A stretch of 64,000 nt of DNA from Carcharhinus amblyrhynchos (taxonomy: Eukaryota), in the NCBI GenBank assembly GCA_965287045.1, contig OZ336872.1:121706001-121770000 (forward strand). The letters are read 5' to 3'. Numbering within the stretch: the first letter of the stretch is position 1; every line of letters starts with the position of its first letter. The notes under the pieces were generated by a model. It searched no databases, had not been told where the DNA came from, and saw nothing but the letters and a program-made list of their open reading frames with translations. Positions 60,117 to 64,000 of this stretch are shown piece after piece. Both the position numbers and the translations under genes were made by a program.

Positions 60117-61590
60117 TTGAAGAACATAAGAACTAGGAGCAGGAGTAGGCAATTTAGCCCCTCAGGCCTGCTCCGCCATTTAATACGATCATGATTGATC
60201 TCATCTCAGCTTCAACTCCACTTTCCTGCCCATTCACCAGAGCTCCTCAAACCCTTACTAATTAAAAATCTGTGCACTCATTCCTAAAATTTACTCAATG
60301 TCTCAGCACGCTCTGGGGTAGTGAATTCCAGAGACTCAGGATCCTTTGAGGGAAGTTAGTTTCTCCTCATCTCTTTTAATCTGCTACTCTTTATTGTAAA
60401 ACTATGATGTCTTGTTCTAGCTCACCATTCAAGAGTCCACGTCGACTTTGTCAATCCCCTTCTCATCCTGTAAATCTCTGTTAGATTTTCTCTCACTCTT
60501 CTAAGCTTCAGGAAGCATTGGCTTAGACTACCCAATCTCTCTTTGCAAGACAAACCTCTCACTTCTGGAATCGATCTGGTGAATCTCTTCTGAGCTGCCT
60601 CCAATGCAATTCCCTCCTTAAGAAAGGGAACCAAAACTGCCCACAATATTCTAAATGCAGTCTTGCTATTGCTTATTTATAGTTTTTGTTTCTTTATTAG
60701 TGTCACAAGTTGGCTTACATTAACACCACAGTGAAGTTACCATGAAAATCCCCACATTCTGGCACCTGTTTGGGTACACTGAGGGAGAATTTCACATAGC
60801 CAATGCACCTAACCAGCACATCTTTTGGACCGTGGGGGGAAACCAGAGCGCTCAGAGGAAACCCATGCAGACACAGGGAGAAGGTGCAGACTCCACAAAG
60901 ACAGTGGCTCAAGGCGGGAATTGAAGCCAGGTCCCCTAGCACTGTGAGGCAGCAGTGCTAACCAGAGTGCTGCCATGTCGCTTTCTACAGTAGCAGCAAT
61001 ACTTCACAACTTTTATATTCTATTCCTTTAGCAATAAATTCCAAAATTCCATTTACCTTCCTTATTACCTGCATTAACTATATATTAGTTCTCTGTGACT
61101 CATGCATGAGGACACTCAAATACCTCTGTACCGAAGCACTACAAAGTTTCTCTCCATTTAGATAATTTCTCTTCGATTTTTCCTACTAAAATGGATAACC
61201 TCACACTTATCCATGTTAAACTCCATCTGCCAAATTTTGCCCCAATTGCTTAATCTAGCCATAACTGTAAATTTCTTAGTTCATTATTGCATCTTACTAT
61301 CAAACCTATTTTAGTGTCATCTGCAAATTTGGCTATGGTACCTTCTATCCATGCATCCAGGTCATTAATATAGATTGTAAATAGATGGGGTCCCGGGACC
61401 GAGTCTTGTGGCACACACTAGTTACAGCTTGGCAACCAGAAAAAGACCCATTTATTCTGACTCTCTGCTTTCTGGTGGTTTGTTAATCCTCTATCCAAGC
61501 TAATGATCTATCCCTAACCACATGTGAACTAACCTTGTGTATTAAGTTTTTGCGTGGCACTTTATCTGGAATCCGGATGTACTGCATCCA
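60117..61590 (-). mobile_element. Old CR1 RT-to-tail fragment with a nested V-SINE (~60690-60978, -)
   Basis: AGAACATAAGAAC tail; GTGTCATCTGCAAATTT (FADD on the minus strand). Confidence 0.85.
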
Positions 61591-62367
61591 GCTTTAAGAA
61601 AGAATAAGAGAGTCCTTTGGGAGTAAACTCAAGTCACAGTTGGATCTGTTAAGTCTAGATTAACAGTAAAGAGAAGCCAAAGTTACAGTGCTTCAGTCTT
61701 CTCATGACCTCGAACTAAATTTGGAAATTTTGTCCTGACTTCTTTCAGTTTGCTTTGACTTCCCAATTTGTCTATTCTTAAGATGAATTGGAGACTTGTA
61801 CCAGCTTTTTGGCTTAATAATCAACACACTTGGTTTTGGATCACGCACAAGAGTTTCAGCGATTTCTTTCCCTATGTGCTGAAGTGTAAAAGTCAACTGT
61901 TTCTTGACATTCAGTTGAATGCCCCCTGGGCCATGGAGTTGTGTGGTCGATGGCTGGAGGAAGTCTAGCTTTAGTCACTGTTCTGTCACTGACGTAATTT
62001 AAACTCAATGTCTAATTTGAAGTTTGTTTGATGTTCATTAACCACAATGTCAAGCTCCAATAGCCCCCATTAGACCCTGGAATTTCTCCCAAGAATGGCA
62101 CTTCATTGTCTTTTGCATCTTCAATTTCTTGAATGTTCACTGGTTCCCTCAATTATAGAAAATCTGATGGAATCTTCTCTAAGATTCCTACAACTATGCA
62201 GTGTTGAATTAATTCATCTTTCAGAGCTCCACATTTGTAATTCTCAGCTAGTCAATATAAATGTTAATGGAGGAAGCTAAGCTCTCTCCCAGTCATTGGG
62301 AATATCTATTGAACTTCCCTCTTTCTGTGATTGTGTTCTTTTGAATGCTGAACTATGTATCTTAAGA

Positions 62368-62530
62368 ATTATAGAATCAAAGAAGGAGGCTATTCAGCCC
62401 AAAGAGCCTGCACTGACAACAATCCCACCTCAGCCCTATTCCTGTAACCCCATGTATTTACACTGCTAATCCCCTAACACTAAGCAGCAATATAGCATGG
62501 CTAATCAACCTAACCCGCACGCCTTTGGAG
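62368..62530 (-). mobile_element. HE1-like SINE 3' half
   Basis: Matches the 3' half of other copies. Confidence 0.75.
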
Positions 62531-63157
62531 ATGTGACTGCTTATTCATTTATCCCCATCTGATCATTATGTCATCTGCACTCTTGCCAATGGCGTAAAGA
62601 AAGCTATTGGGCCTGTTCCTGGCCAGGCTTCTCCCTTAGTCCCAGTGCATGTCTGTTCCTGGTAAAACTGTGGTGCCAGTTCTGCCACTTCTTGGCTTGA
62701 TCCAGACCTCCCAGGTGTTTGAAGCACTCTGGTAAGATTTTCTATACTCTGGCCTTTCTTCAAATTCTGTTGGCATTTGTTCCTGCGCTGCCCTTTCCTT
62801 GCAGTCATTTGGCTTGCTGCTTTTTTCAGTTGCTGGGCCACTCACTCAGTGTCTTTACTGCCGCCATCATCTATTATCATTGTTGTGGTTTTCCTTGGTT
62901 AAGTTCGATGGAGACTGCTAGAGGCAAGGCTGGCTGTTGGTAAACTTGCATTTTATTATACATTCTTCTATGTATAGAGTCTATGATAAGGCTTAGCATG
63001 ATGCTTCACATAGGATGATCTGTCGTATACTCTGTTTACTGTGATTTTACACCACTGTTGATGTAGACTATCTATTTATATTAACCCTTCACATTACAAT
63101 TTTCAGAGGTTAACATGATTGCACTCCATAAACATAGTTAAATATTGAGAAAATGTT

Positions 63158-63320
63158 CCATAGAATCCCTAGAATCCTACAGTGCAGAAGGAGGAGCCAT
63201 TCAGCCCATCAAGTCTGCACCGACCACAATCCCACCCGGGCCCTATTCCCCGTAGTCCCATTTATTTACCCTGCTAACTCTCTGACACTAAGGGGCAATT
63301 TAGCATGGCCAATGCACCTA
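63158..63320 (-). mobile_element. HE1-like SINE 3' half
   Basis: CATAGAATCCC..CAGTGCAGAAGGAGG tail. Confidence 0.8.
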
Positions 63321-64000
63321 ATGTTTTGTCTCATTGCTTAAATTCCTGATGGACATCATACACCAAAAGCTTTCTAAAAGCTTGGTGTCACCTAGACACT
63401 ACTTCATGATTTTCCACATTTTTATTCCTATTCCTTGCAACTTTGAAGGGATCCTGCGTTGGGAATTCCAACCATTCATCAAAATGCTCAAATGGTACTG
63501 ATATTTTGTCGAAATATTAGCTGTGCTTTTGGCAACCATGGTGATAATATTTTAAACTCTATTCTGGAGTCTACCCAATCTAAAGTAAGGAGACACAACT
63601 CCAATTGGTGTAAAGTTTGTCAAAATTCCAGAGGAACAATTGTTAATTCTTTTACATTTTTGATTTCAATTAAGCAGAGAACGAGCATTTGGATTCCAAA
63701 GGACGCAGGTTCAGATTTTCTATACCAAGAATTACTGCAAAGCTTGTTATACATAAAATTCTGTCAATTTCCACGGTGCAGGTAATAATCTCAATCTGAT
63801 AACCACTGACAACAGTCAAAATTTAATTCAATTCAAAATTTAGTTTATTCAAAACTACAGATGCATTTCTGTAAAATTGTCTAATTACAAATATTTAGAT
63901 CACTGGGAGTATAGAACTAATCCACAGATCGCAGCCAATGCAAGAGAGGTCACTGCTGCTGCAAGGAGGACACCATCAGCTATGTTTCCTTTTACTAGAG

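Noticed and set aside
1-64000. CRISPR arrays, operons or prokaryotic defence systems
   Set aside because: The sequence is vertebrate-type, has no regularly spaced repeat-spacer array, and its RTs are non-LTR, Gypsy or PLE type.

Overview
Eukaryotic, repeat-dense, apparently non-coding (intergenic or intronic) DNA. The mix of HER1/CR1 LINEs and HE1-like V-SINEs points to a cartilaginous fish, probably a shark (inference). No host protein-coding gene is recognisable, and every convincing ORF is transposon-derived. The window contains a near-complete but disabled CR1 LINE (1-3706), many CR1 fragments, about 20 tRNA-derived SINEs with at least two alternative tails, L1, Rex1/Babar and Gypsy relics, and pieces of a PIF/Harbinger system (transposase, Myb-like ORF, MITEs). 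It also contains two families of Penelope-like elements (PLEs) whose ends carry minimal hammerhead ribozyme motifs. The most unusual structures are three short PLE insertions with inverted ends and flanking direct repeats: a 126-bp-arm hairpin with a hammerhead in each arm (9158-9462), an internally deleted copy (19123-19445), and a copy carrying unrelated repeat DNA as cargo (48166-48438). A ~5-kb repeat-free island (21.9-26.9 kb) is a candidate regulatory region, and a 170-bp direct repeat at 40 kb is unexplained. All calls were made by eye, and repeat boundaries are approximate unless a target-site duplication (TSD) is quoted.
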